Shown in pieces: positions 37,391 through 45,410 of a stretch of 64,000 bases of DNA. The DNA is from an uncultured Actinomycetota bacterium. GTDB lineage: Bacteria; Actinomycetota; Acidimicrobiia; Spongiisociales; UBA4744. The notes beneath the pieces are model-generated. The model was not told the origin of the DNA. It did no database searches and saw only the letters and a list, made by a program, of their open reading frames with translations. Made by a program: the position numbers and the translations under genes. Location of the stretch: assembly GCA_963717135.1 (NCBI GenBank), contig CAVQVN010000009.1, forward strand, positions 632,269 through 696,268, read 5' to 3'. The first letter of the stretch is position 1. The number at the start of each line of letters is the position of its first letter.

Positions 37391-38096
37391 TGACCCACAT
37401 CTCCTCGAAGCGTCGCACCACCAGCACCGGCCGGCCGCCCATCAGCCGGGGCCTCACCCAATCTCCCAGATCGAGCCGGCCGGCGGGAGCCAGTGGGGTT
37501 TTCTCCTCAAAATCGACGACATCTGCGATGGCCGTCCGGTCGAGTAATTCGGCGACCGACATAAGCCCGGCTACCCGGCGGATCCCCGGTAGGTCCACGA
37601 ACCGACCATCGTCGCCGTCGAGGCGGAGCGCCATTGCCCCCAGCGCGCCGATCACCCCGTCTTCCGTTCCGCCCAGGCCGGCCAGGTCGGTCGCCCAGGC
37701 GGCCCCGTGAACCCGTGCCTCAGCCTGTCCAACCAATCCCCGCTGTGCCCGGCGGGCAAACTCGACCAAATCGGTGGAGGCCGGCCAGGCTCCGATGGCC
37801 ACCCCGGGGTCGGACCCGTCAATCGACTCTCTGGTCACGATGGCGCAGGCCGTCTCGAAGAGTCCGGCCGCCGAGGTCACGCCGGTGAAGGCGACCGCCG
37901 CCGCCGAATTGCGAGCCGTCTTCGGCACACCCGGACCCTCGTAGAACTGGTGCCTGGTCACGCCGGCAGATCGGCCGAGGTTGAGTGCCTCGATCTCGGC
38001 GGCCAGACGGCGGGCCAGACGACCGGTGCCGCCGATGCCCGGCATGTCGGTGTCATCGATCCCGACGACCCAGGTGTCAGGGGATGCTGATCTCAC
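37368..38096 (-). CDS. Hypothetical protein with N-terminal VVGIDDTD…GGTG motif (possibly related to the TiaS/DUF1743 kinase-like domain)
   Basis: 242 aa. Operon context is the only support for coding. The motif resemblance is recalled from memory and weak. Confidence 0.45.
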   Translation of the reverse strand: MRSASPDTWVVGIDDTDMPGIGGTGRLARRLAAEIEALNLGRSAGVTRHQFYEGPGVPKTARNSAAAVAFTGVTSAAGLFETACAIVTRESIDGSDPGVAIGAWPASTDLVEFARRAQRGLVGQAEARVHGAAWATDLAGLGGTEDGVIGALGAMALRLDGDDGRFVDLPGIRRVAGLMSVAELLDRTAIADVVDFEEKTPLAPAGRLDLGDWVRPRLMGGRPVLVVRRFEEMWVNADTRSK

Positions 38097-38508
38097 CGAC
38101 GTCCCTCACCCATTGCTCACGCGGGAGATCTGCGGTGGCCAGTTTGAGTGTGCCCTGTTTGGTGACGTCGAGGATCCACCCGTCATCGACCTGCGTGGAA
38201 GTGATTTCGAGGGTGACTTCAACGACGCGCCCCTCCCCCATGCCGAACACCTCGGCCGTGTCCCACTCTTCCACGTCGGAGGCAGCGAGCACGTCGAGGA
38301 GCCGCGGTCCGGATTGATCGTCCCCGTCGATCGTCATCGAAACGAACTCGACCTGGCTTTCCAGATCGGCCAGTGTCCAGTCGCCCACCACCTTCCCGGC
38401 CAACACGACCCGCAGGACGACGTCATCGGCCGGTGGTTCGGTCGCGTCGGTCGCACACCCGGCCATGACGACCATCGCCACCACCACCACCACCCAGATC
38501 CGCTTCAC
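38077..38508 (-). CDS. Hypothetical small lipoprotein
   Basis: A GTG start at 38508 overlaps the AOR-2 stop (GTGA). The N-terminus VKRIWVVVVVAMVVMAGC… is a lipoprotein signal peptide. The listed ORF's extra 123 N-terminal aa are Arg-rich out-of-frame overlap with AOR-2. Confidence 0.45.
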   Translation of the reverse strand: MKRIWVVVVVAMVVMAGCATDATEPPADDVVLRVVLAGKVVGDWTLADLESQVEFVSMTIDGDDQSGPRLLDVLAASDVEEWDTAEVFGMGEGRVVEVTLEITSTQVDDGWILDVTKQGTLKLATADLPREQWVRDVGEISIP

Positions 38509-40462
38509 AGGGCCAGCTCCGGCTTGAGCCAACCGAGACCCAGCGCCTCGAGCGTCTCCGCTGTTGGGTTGCCGCCGACCGGATCCCAACCCGCCATCTC
38601 GTAATAGGTTTCGAGGGCGGCCTCGAACTCGGCCCGGTCGACGACCTTGCCGTTGCTGGGGCCGCCGTCGAGCGGTTCGAACAATCGCTTGGGGAGCGTG
38701 TCCCGCTCGCGAGTGATACCTTCCCGAGCGTTGAAAGCCCGCAGCATGTTGAGACGGCGGGCGCCGATGGTGAGCAAATCGGCCACGGTGGTTTCCTCGC
38801 CGGTCACGGCGGTGATCACACCGGCCAGTTCCTCCATCCCCAGCAGTTGCCAGGCCGGTCCGAACACGAACTGGCATACGTCTGCGGTGTCCATCGCCGA
38901 ATACGCATACTGGGTCTTCAAGGCGTACTCCACTTTTCCGGCGTTGAGGACCTCCTCGGGCTGCGGATTGGTGAGGCCGAGGTCGGCCGCTCGTTTGCCG
39001 TACTTCTCGGGCGAGTCGGCAATCAACTCGGGTGTGTAGTTGGGGTCGTGTTCGCTGGATTGATGGTCGGCTCCGAACGGGTTGACCGCGTAGATCAAAG
39101 CCAGGGAAGGTTTGACCTGCGGCATGTGGGCCGGGAGTTCTTCACCCTTCACCGCCACGACCAGATCCTCAGCGCCGTTGCCGAGGTGAGCGCCGGCCCG
39201 GGCAGACCCTTCCGCCAGGACGTCACCGAATCCGTCCCGGATGAGGGTCTTCTCCAGCATGGCGATCATTGCCTCGGCTTTCCCCCACCCCAGTTCGATT
39301 CCTCCGGTGTCATCCGAATTGATCAGACCTTCTTCGTAGCAGTTGATGGCGAAGGCCATCGTGGCTCCGGCCGCGATGGTGTCGACCCCGTATTGATTGC
39401 ATAGCTGATTGGCATAGGCGATGGCATGAATGTCGTCGATGTCGCAGTACGAACCAAAGACGGAGGAAGTCTCGTATTCCTGACCGCCCGACTTGGGATC
39501 GATCTTCCGGCCCTGCCATTCGGCGTCGACGACCCGCTTGCAACGGACCGCGCAGGAATAGCAAGTCTCTCGACCCAGCTTCATCTGGTCGTCTTCATCC
39601 GCGCCGCGCAGCAGTTCTTTGAATAGGCGTTCCCCACCGATGGCGGCCGCCCGGTCGTAGCCCATCCACCCGCTCTGATAGTTGCGGGTGGGAAGCCCTC
39701 CGTTGGCATTCTGACTTTCGAGAATCCCGAGGGTTCCGTGCTTGGCGAGATCCCATACGTCTGGGTCTTCTTTGATTGCCGGGATCGAGGGCTGCATGAT
39801 GGCCCGGACGCCCTCCGGATCGGCCATGCCCAGCTTTCGTTTGCCCCGCGAACCACGATCGCTTTGAGCTTCTTGCTGCCCATCACCGCACCCATGCCGG
39901 TGCGCCCGTGGGCCCGGGTCGCCATATTCATGATGGCCGCGAACCGGACGAGGTTCTCCCCGGCGGGGCCCACCTGCGCAACCTGAATGCGATGGTCCCC
40001 GAGTTCCTTCTGCAACATCTCCTCGGTCTCCAGGGTCATCTTGCCCCACAGATGGGAGGCGTCGCGTAGTTCCACCTCGCCCTGATTGATCCAGAGATAG
40101 ACCGGGGTAGGAGAGATTCCTCGCACCACGATCCCGTCGAATCCCGCGAATTTCAGCTCGGCCGGCCAGAATCCCCCGGCCTGGCTGTCACCCACCCCCC
40201 CGGTCATCGGGGATTTGGCGACCACAGTCGCCCGGCTCTGCCCGGCGATCGGCGCTCCGGTGATCCCGGACAGCATGAATGCCAGCGTGTTGTCGGGCCC
40301 GTAAGGATCCGCCCCGGCCGGGGTGTTCTTGAGCAAGTAGTAGAGGCCGAGGGCGCTGCCGCCCATGTACGTCCGGTACAGCTCCTCGGGTGGTTCCTCG
40401 ATGTCGAGCGAACCCGTCGTCAGGTCAACATGAAGGATCTTGCCAGCGTAGCCGTGAAGCAT
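38505..40462 (-). pseudogene. Aldehyde:ferredoxin oxidoreductase (AOR) family gene, copy 2, interrupted by a single frameshift near 39844-39847
   Basis: The N-terminal 215 aa (ORF 39581..40462: …RAHGRTGMGAVMGSKKLKAIVVRG) and the C-terminal ~440 aa (ORF 38505..40049: KRKLGMADPEG… and AOR C-domain blocks) are in different frames. They join at a C4 (plus strand) / G4 homopolymer. Confidence 0.75.
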
Positions 40463-40595
40463 TGAGCCTCCCTGGGCGATTATTCCGGCATCCTACCGGG
40501 ATTATCTCCCCCCGGGATTCTCGAACGAGGAGGAATCAATCGATTTGAAGCGCCGCCGAAATATGGGGGGGTCGCCGCATCGATAGCCACTCTGA

Positions 40596-40611
40596 CCTAT
40601 CATTCGATAGG
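40596..40611. promoter_or_regulatory. AmtR-box-like palindrome CCTATC-ATTC-GATAGG (copy 4) between the AOR-2 operon and divergent CoA-transferase gene
   Basis: Seen directly. 32 bp upstream of the CoA-transferase ATG. An additional GATAGC half-site lies at ~40581. Confidence 0.6.
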
Positions 40612-40642
40612 TCATCTCGGGACGACACACGATGCCAGGAAT

Positions 40643-41803
40643 ATGAACACCCTCCCGCTCGCCGGAATCTTGGTTGCGGATTTTTCCCGCATCATGGCGG
40701 GACCCCTGGTAACCCAAATTCTGGCGGACCTGGGCGCCAGGGTCATCAAGGTCGAACGGCCCGGATCGGGAGATGACACGCGCTCGTGGGGGCCTCCGTT
40801 TCGCGGTGATCTGGCGACCTATTTCGCGTCGGTCAACCGCGGCAAAGAGTCGATCGCCCTCGATTTGGGAGACCCTGCAGATCAGGAGTTGGCTTGCCGG
40901 TTGGCGCTCCGGGCGGACGTGGTCGTAGAGAACTTCAGGCCCGGCTTGGTGGATCGGTTCGGTCTCGGATACGACCGGCTCGTAGAGCGGAACCCGGGAT
41001 TGGTCTATTGCTCTATTTCGGCATTTGGCCGAGAAGGAGACCAAGCCGGGATGCCGGGGGTCGATCTTCTCATCCAGGCGATGGCCGGTTGGATGCACGT
41101 CACCGGCCAACCCGAGGGGCCACCAACCAAGGTCGGCATGGCAATGGTGGACGTAATCGCCGGTTTGTTCGCCACCTCCGGGGTTCTCGCCGCGTTGTTC
41201 CAACGGGTTTCCACCGGAGGGCGGGGCCAGCACGTCCACGTTTCGTTATTCGAGGCTGCTCTCGCCGGGCTGGTCAACCTGGCATCGGGATATCTTCTCA
41301 CCGGCGACGATCCTCATCGAAACGGGAATCGCCATCCGTCAATCGCTCCATATGAATTGTTCCACGCGGCAGACCGCCCTTTCGTCCTGGCGGCCGTTAA
41401 CGACTCCCTGTTCGCCCGGACCTGCGAAGTGATCGGCAAGCCGGAATTGACCACCGACCCCCGCTTTCGCACCAATCCACTCCGACGGACCAACATCGAA
41501 GCGTTGGTTCGGCAACTCGAGCCGGTGTTCCAGACCAGACCGGCCGCGGAGTGGATCGAGATTCTGGGCGCTGCTCGAGTTCCGGCGGGGCCGGTCAACA
41601 CGGTGGCCGAGGCATTCCGGCTGGCCGACGCTCTGGGAATCGACATGGTGGCCGAGGACCCGGCTGGTAACCGGGGTCTGCGAACCCCCATCCAACTATC
41701 CGGATCGGAACGGAAGGCAGCACCGCAACCGGCCGAACTTGATGGCGACGCAGAGCCAATCCGCCGGTGGCTCAGCCAGCTTGACGAGTCGTCGCCCGAA
41801 TAA
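40643..41803 (+). CDS. CoA-transferase family III (CaiB/BaiF) protein
   Basis: 386 aa. N-terminal LAGILVADFSRIMAGP…LADLGARVIKVE and catalytic Asp region (…AMAGW…). Confidence 0.9.
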   Translation: MNTLPLAGILVADFSRIMAGPLVTQILADLGARVIKVERPGSGDDTRSWGPPFRGDLATYFASVNRGKESIALDLGDPADQELACRLALRADVVVENFRPGLVDRFGLGYDRLVERNPGLVYCSISAFGREGDQAGMPGVDLLIQAMAGWMHVTGQPEGPPTKVGMAMVDVIAGLFATSGVLAALFQRVSTGGRGQHVHVSLFEAALAGLVNLASGYLLTGDDPHRNGNRHPSIAPYELFHAADRPFVLAAVNDSLFARTCEVIGKPELTTDPRFRTNPLRRTNIEALVRQLEPVFQTRPAAEWIEILGAARVPAGPVNTVAEAFRLADALGIDMVAEDPAGNRGLRTPIQLSGSERKAAPQPAELDGDAEPIRRWLSQLDESSPE

Positions 41804-41849
41804 GGAGACCGGGTCCCGGGCGGAGCCCCGGCTTGATTCCCCGGCGCCG

Positions 41850-42032
41850 CTACTTTTTCAGTGAGTTGAAGAGGGCCAAGGTGGGGAGCCCGAATGCGAG
41901 CGCCGCGGCCACCAGGCTCACCGCTCCCGCTACGGCTTCCGTCTCCGCATTGAACGCGAAGATAACGGCAACCCACCCGGTCAGCATGCTGCTCAGAATC
42001 AAGAACCAGAGGACGGTGCTGATCGATCTCAA
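41850..42032 (-). CDS. Putative small membrane protein (60 aa, TTG start)
   Basis: Two hydrophobic helices. AAAAAGGAG RBS 5 nt upstream of TTG 42032. Immediately downstream of the oxyanion SBP gene. The longer listed ORF (to 42227) overlaps that gene. Confidence 0.3.
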   Translation of the reverse strand: MRSISTVLWFLILSSMLTGWVAVIFAFNAETEAVAGAVSLVAAALAFGLPTLALFNSLKK

Positions 42033-42108
42033 GGATGCTCCTTTTTGTTGGCTGAACGGTACACCGTAAACGCCGCTCGCGGCGGCAGGCGGCAGCCCTT
42101 CCGAGCAG

Positions 42109-42903
42109 TCAGGATCCCGCCGGCTGGTAGACCGGCCGGCCAAACAAGGTGCTGTTGACCGAGACGATCGCCTGGCGGCCTTCCTCCGACAGCAACCAGG
42201 CGGCGAACCCATCCGCCGCCGATTCAACCTCCGATCCGCTCACTACGGTGATCTGGTACGGGTTGGTCAATACGCGGTCTTCGAGCAGGGGAATCTCCTC
42301 GAGCGAGAGGGAAGGTCCCGCGGCCAGAAAGACTCCGAGTTCGCAGAGTACGAAAGCCGAGCGCTGGTCGGCTACCTGCAGGGTCAAACCCATCCCCTGT
42401 CCGGTCTCGATATACCACTCCGCACCGCGTGGATCGACACCGGCCGCCTCCCACAGATCCATCTCTTTCTGATGGGTCCCCGATCCGTCGGACCTGCTCA
42501 CAAACAAGTCGCCCCGGGCGGCAATACCTGCCAGAGCGTCCCCGACCGACATGGGTTTCCCGAGGTCGGATGCCGGCGGACCGGCCAGAACGAAACGGCT
42601 GACCAGCACGGGCTCATAGCGAGCGGCCCGGCCTTCGGCCACAAACTCGGCTTCGAGGTCGGGGGCGTGGGTGATGAGCAAATCGGCTGCGCCCCTCCTG
42701 GCCAGGTCGAGCACCCGGGCCGTCGATTCGCCGACCACACTCAATTCAATCCCGGGGTGCTCCGCTTCGTACTGAGCGGTCAGCTCGTCGATGATGCCGC
42801 TGTCGACCAGAGTCGTGCCGGCGGCCACGATCACCCGGACCGGTCCGGCACAGGCACCCAGGGTCAGGGTCGCTGCCAACCCGATGAGACCGAATCGCTT
42901 CAT
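42109..42903 (-). CDS. Tungstate/molybdate ABC transporter substrate-binding lipoprotein (TupA/ModA-like)
   Basis: Start ATG 42903 (MKRFGLIGLAATLTLGACAG lipobox; ATGA overlap with the ATPase stop). PBP type-2 fold of ModA/TupA size. Confidence 0.75.
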   Translation of the reverse strand: MKRFGLIGLAATLTLGACAGPVRVIVAAGTTLVDSGIIDELTAQYEAEHPGIELSVVGESTARVLDLARRGAADLLITHAPDLEAEFVAEGRAARYEPVLVSRFVLAGPPASDLGKPMSVGDALAGIAARGDLFVSRSDGSGTHQKEMDLWEAAGVDPRGAEWYIETGQGMGLTLQVADQRSAFVLCELGVFLAAGPSLSLEEIPLLEDRVLTNPYQITVVSGSEVESAADGFAAWLLSEEGRQAIVSVNSTLFGRPVYQPAGS

Positions 42904-43901
42904 CGAGGGATTACCCGCACCGCGGCGGCTTTCACCGTCAGCGTCACCGCCGCCCCGGGGGCCAGTTGGAGCGCTTCGCGAGAGCCCGGGGTGATGAGGG
43001 CGGCAATTGGCGAACCGGCGTCCACGATCACCTCGGTCAGCCGACCCGCCTCGCGGAGCGCCTCCACCCGCCCCGGCCACCGGTTGCGGGCCGACCCGGC
43101 GGTCGCATCGTGACCCGCGAACAACGTGACGGCCTCGGCCCCGAACAGCACTCGAGCCGCACTTCCCTCGGCCAAATCCCCGATCCCCCACACGTGCAGT
43201 GATCCCACCATGACCGAGCTGAGAGAGTCTTCAGAGACTCCGGCGATACCGTCCAGCACATTGGCCACGCCCACCGCCCTGGCAACGCGATCGTCCACCG
43301 GGAGCGAGAAGACTTCGGCCACCGGGCCTTCCTGAACAATGGTCCCGTCCACCATCACCGCCATCCGTTCGCCCAGCACCGCGGCCTCCTCCCGGTCGTG
43401 GGTGACGACGATCGCCCCCTTGCCGTTCAAGCTGCCCACCAGTGCGGCAGCGACATCCAGGCGGTCGGCGACGTCCAGGGCGGCCAGCGGTTCGTCGAGC
43501 AGCACCCACGGTTCCGGACGGGCCAGGGTGCGGGCGAGGGAGAGACGCTGACGCTCGCCACCGCTGAGGGCGCGGGCCGGTTCCAGATACACGTCAGGAT
43601 CCAATCCGAACCGGTCGGCCAGCGTCCGGGCCCACACGGTTTGCTCATGATCGAGACCCAGCCCGAGATTCCATCCTGCCGATCCCCGGAATACATGCGA
43701 GTGTTGCGGCTGGTAGGCGGTCTTGATGGATGGTCCGCCGGGCAAGATTCCGGCGAGGACCCGCAACAGGGTGGTCTTCCCGGCGCCGTTCGGGCCGAAG
43801 ATGACGAGACGTCCACCGGCCTCGACGGACAACCGCTCCACCGAGATGATCGAGCCATCTGCCGGGTACCGGAGGTTCTGAACGACCAGGGAATCCATCA
43901 G
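42900..43901 (-). CDS. Tungstate/molybdate ABC transporter ATP-binding protein with C-terminal TOBE/MOP domain
   Basis: Start ATG 43901 (ATGA overlap with the permease stop). Walker A GPNGAGKTT, LSGGERQRL, and a C-terminal transport-associated OB domain. Confidence 0.85.
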   Translation of the reverse strand: MMDSLVVQNLRYPADGSIISVERLSVEAGGRLVIFGPNGAGKTTLLRVLAGILPGGPSIKTAYQPQHSHVFRGSAGWNLGLGLDHEQTVWARTLADRFGLDPDVYLEPARALSGGERQRLSLARTLARPEPWVLLDEPLAALDVADRLDVAAALVGSLNGKGAIVVTHDREEAAVLGERMAVMVDGTIVQEGPVAEVFSLPVDDRVARAVGVANVLDGIAGVSEDSLSSVMVGSLHVWGIGDLAEGSAARVLFGAEAVTLFAGHDATAGSARNRWPGRVEALREAGRLTEVIVDAGSPIAALITPGSREALQLAPGAAVTLTVKAAAVRVIPR

Positions 43902-44596
43902 TTGCCCCGCTCTCTCAACTGCAGCCAGGTCAAGGCCCCGTTGATCACCAGGGCCAGAGCCATCAGCACGATGCCCAGGGCGAGGGCGGTGCCAAATTGG
44001 GCCTGGCGGGCTTCCTGGACGATGGCGGTCGTCAGGACTCTCGTCTCTCCCCGGATGTTCCCACCGACCACCAGGACGGCCCCCACCTCCGACACCACCC
44101 GTCCGAAGGCGGCCGCCACTGCGGCCGCCACTCCCGGCCAGGCTTCCCGCAGGGCAATCCATCCGGTGGCCGGGCGGCTCAACCCCAGAGCGGACAACTG
44201 TTCACGGGCCACCGGCGAAAGGCCCCCGACCGCTCCGGCCGTGACCCCGGCGGCGATCGGAATCGCCAGAAGCGACTGGGCGAGCACCATCGCCTGCGGC
44301 GTGAATAGCATGCCCCAGGAACCCAGCGGACCATCCGACCACAACAGGAGCAAGATCAGCAACCCGGCCAGCACCGGGGGAATGCCCATCCCCGTGTTGA
44401 CCGCCACCAGCAGGGGGGTTCGGCCACGGAATTTGCCCAGCCCCAGAGCCGCTCCCAGCGGCACGCCAATGACGACTCCCAATGCAGTCGCGATCAGCGA
44501 CACCAGCAGCGTCAGCCACAACACGTCCTGTAACTCGGAACCAAACCGAGCGAGGATCTCAAGGGCCTCGCGAACAACCTCGCCGATGAAAGACAT
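43898..44596 (-). CDS. Tungstate/molybdate ABC transporter permease
   Basis: Start ATG 44596 (MSFIGEVVREALE…). Five TM helices and an EAA-type loop. Confidence 0.8.
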   Translation of the reverse strand: MSFIGEVVREALEILARFGSELQDVLWLTLLVSLIATALGVVIGVPLGAALGLGKFRGRTPLLVAVNTGMGIPPVLAGLLILLLLWSDGPLGSWGMLFTPQAMVLAQSLLAIPIAAGVTAGAVGGLSPVAREQLSALGLSRPATGWIALREAWPGVAAAVAAAFGRVVSEVGAVLVVGGNIRGETRVLTTAIVQEARQAQFGTALALGIVLMALALVINGALTWLQLRERGN

Positions 44597-44603
44597 CAGA
44601 CGA

Positions 44604-44744
44604 TCAGCGGATCTGGAAGTACCAGAACCAGGCAATCACCCCGATGATGCCCGCGTACAGTGCAAACTTGAACAGCCTCTTGATCAGCCACCAACCGACC
44701 AAAAGGGCCGCAGCAATCCCGACAAAGAGTGGCAGTTGTTCCAT
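44604..44744 (-). CDS. Putative very small membrane protein (46 aa; MEQLPLFVGIAAALLVGWWLIKRLFKFALYAGIIGVIAWFWYFQIR)
   Basis: Not in the ORF track (<60 aa). Two hydrophobic helices. No clear RBS. Confidence 0.25.
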   Translation of the reverse strand: MEQLPLFVGIAAALLVGWWLIKRLFKFALYAGIIGVIAWFWYFQIR

Positions 44745-44774
44745 GGACGGAAGCCTAACGGTCGGGGTGCTGTG

Positions 44775-45410
44775 TCAGTTACCCAGGAAGGGGGCGGGCG
44801 TCAAACGGGGTACCACCAGGTCCGCCCCGCTCAGGTCCTCGAGGCCGAATTGCCCTCGTCGGACGGCGATCACGGTCATACCAGCGGCGCGGGCCGCGGC
44901 AATACCGGTGGGAGCATCCTCGACGGCTATACAGGTCTCCGGTTCCACACTCATTCCGGCGGCGGCGGCGAGAAAGAGATCGGGGGCGGGCTTGCCGGCG
45001 GCGACTTCGTCGCCCGCCACCACGAACTCGAAGTAGGCCTCCAGTCCGGTGGCGGCCAGCGATCGATCCAGACGCTCCCGGGGGCTCGATGATGCCACCG
45101 CCATCGTGGCTCCCCTGATCTGGAGAGCATCCAGCGTGTCGGCGGCATCCTCGAAGGCCAAGAGATGCTGATCGAACAATCTGAATGTCACGTCCGACAG
45201 CTCGTGCCAGAAGCTGCCGTGGTCGGGCAGGTCGGCCCGTCTAGAGAAGTGGTCGTGCGCGTCCCTATCGGTACGACCGGTGAGCAGGGCAATGTCCTCT
45301 TCGGTCAGCGTTATTCCGTACCGAACCAGGATCTGGCGCCAGGCCCTCCAGGCCAGCTGTTCGGAGTCTACGAGAACTCCGTCGCAATCGAACACGATCG
45401 GGCGCATCAA
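44775..45410 (-). CDS. HAD-superfamily hydrolase, subfamily IA (β-phosphoglucomutase-like)
   Basis: FDCDGVLVDSE motif I. Motifs II and III present. Confidence 0.8.
   Translation of the reverse strand: MMRPIVFDCDGVLVDSEQLAWRAWRQILVRYGITLTEEDIALLTGRTDRDAHDHFSRRADLPDHGSFWHELSDVTFRLFDQHLLAFEDAADTLDALQIRGATMAVASSSPRERLDRSLAATGLEAYFEFVVAGDEVAAGKPAPDLFLAAAAGMSVEPETCIAVEDAPTGIAAARAAGMTVIAVRRGQFGLEDLSGADLVVPRLTPAPFLGN

Noticed and set aside
39838-39852. Programmed ribosomal frameshift in AOR-2
   Set aside because: No slippery heptamer or downstream structure is evident. A homopolymer indel (pseudogene or error) is the simpler explanation.
40502-41239. Minus-strand 245-aa ORF
   Set aside because: Antisense to the CoA-transferase gene, which has clear family motifs.
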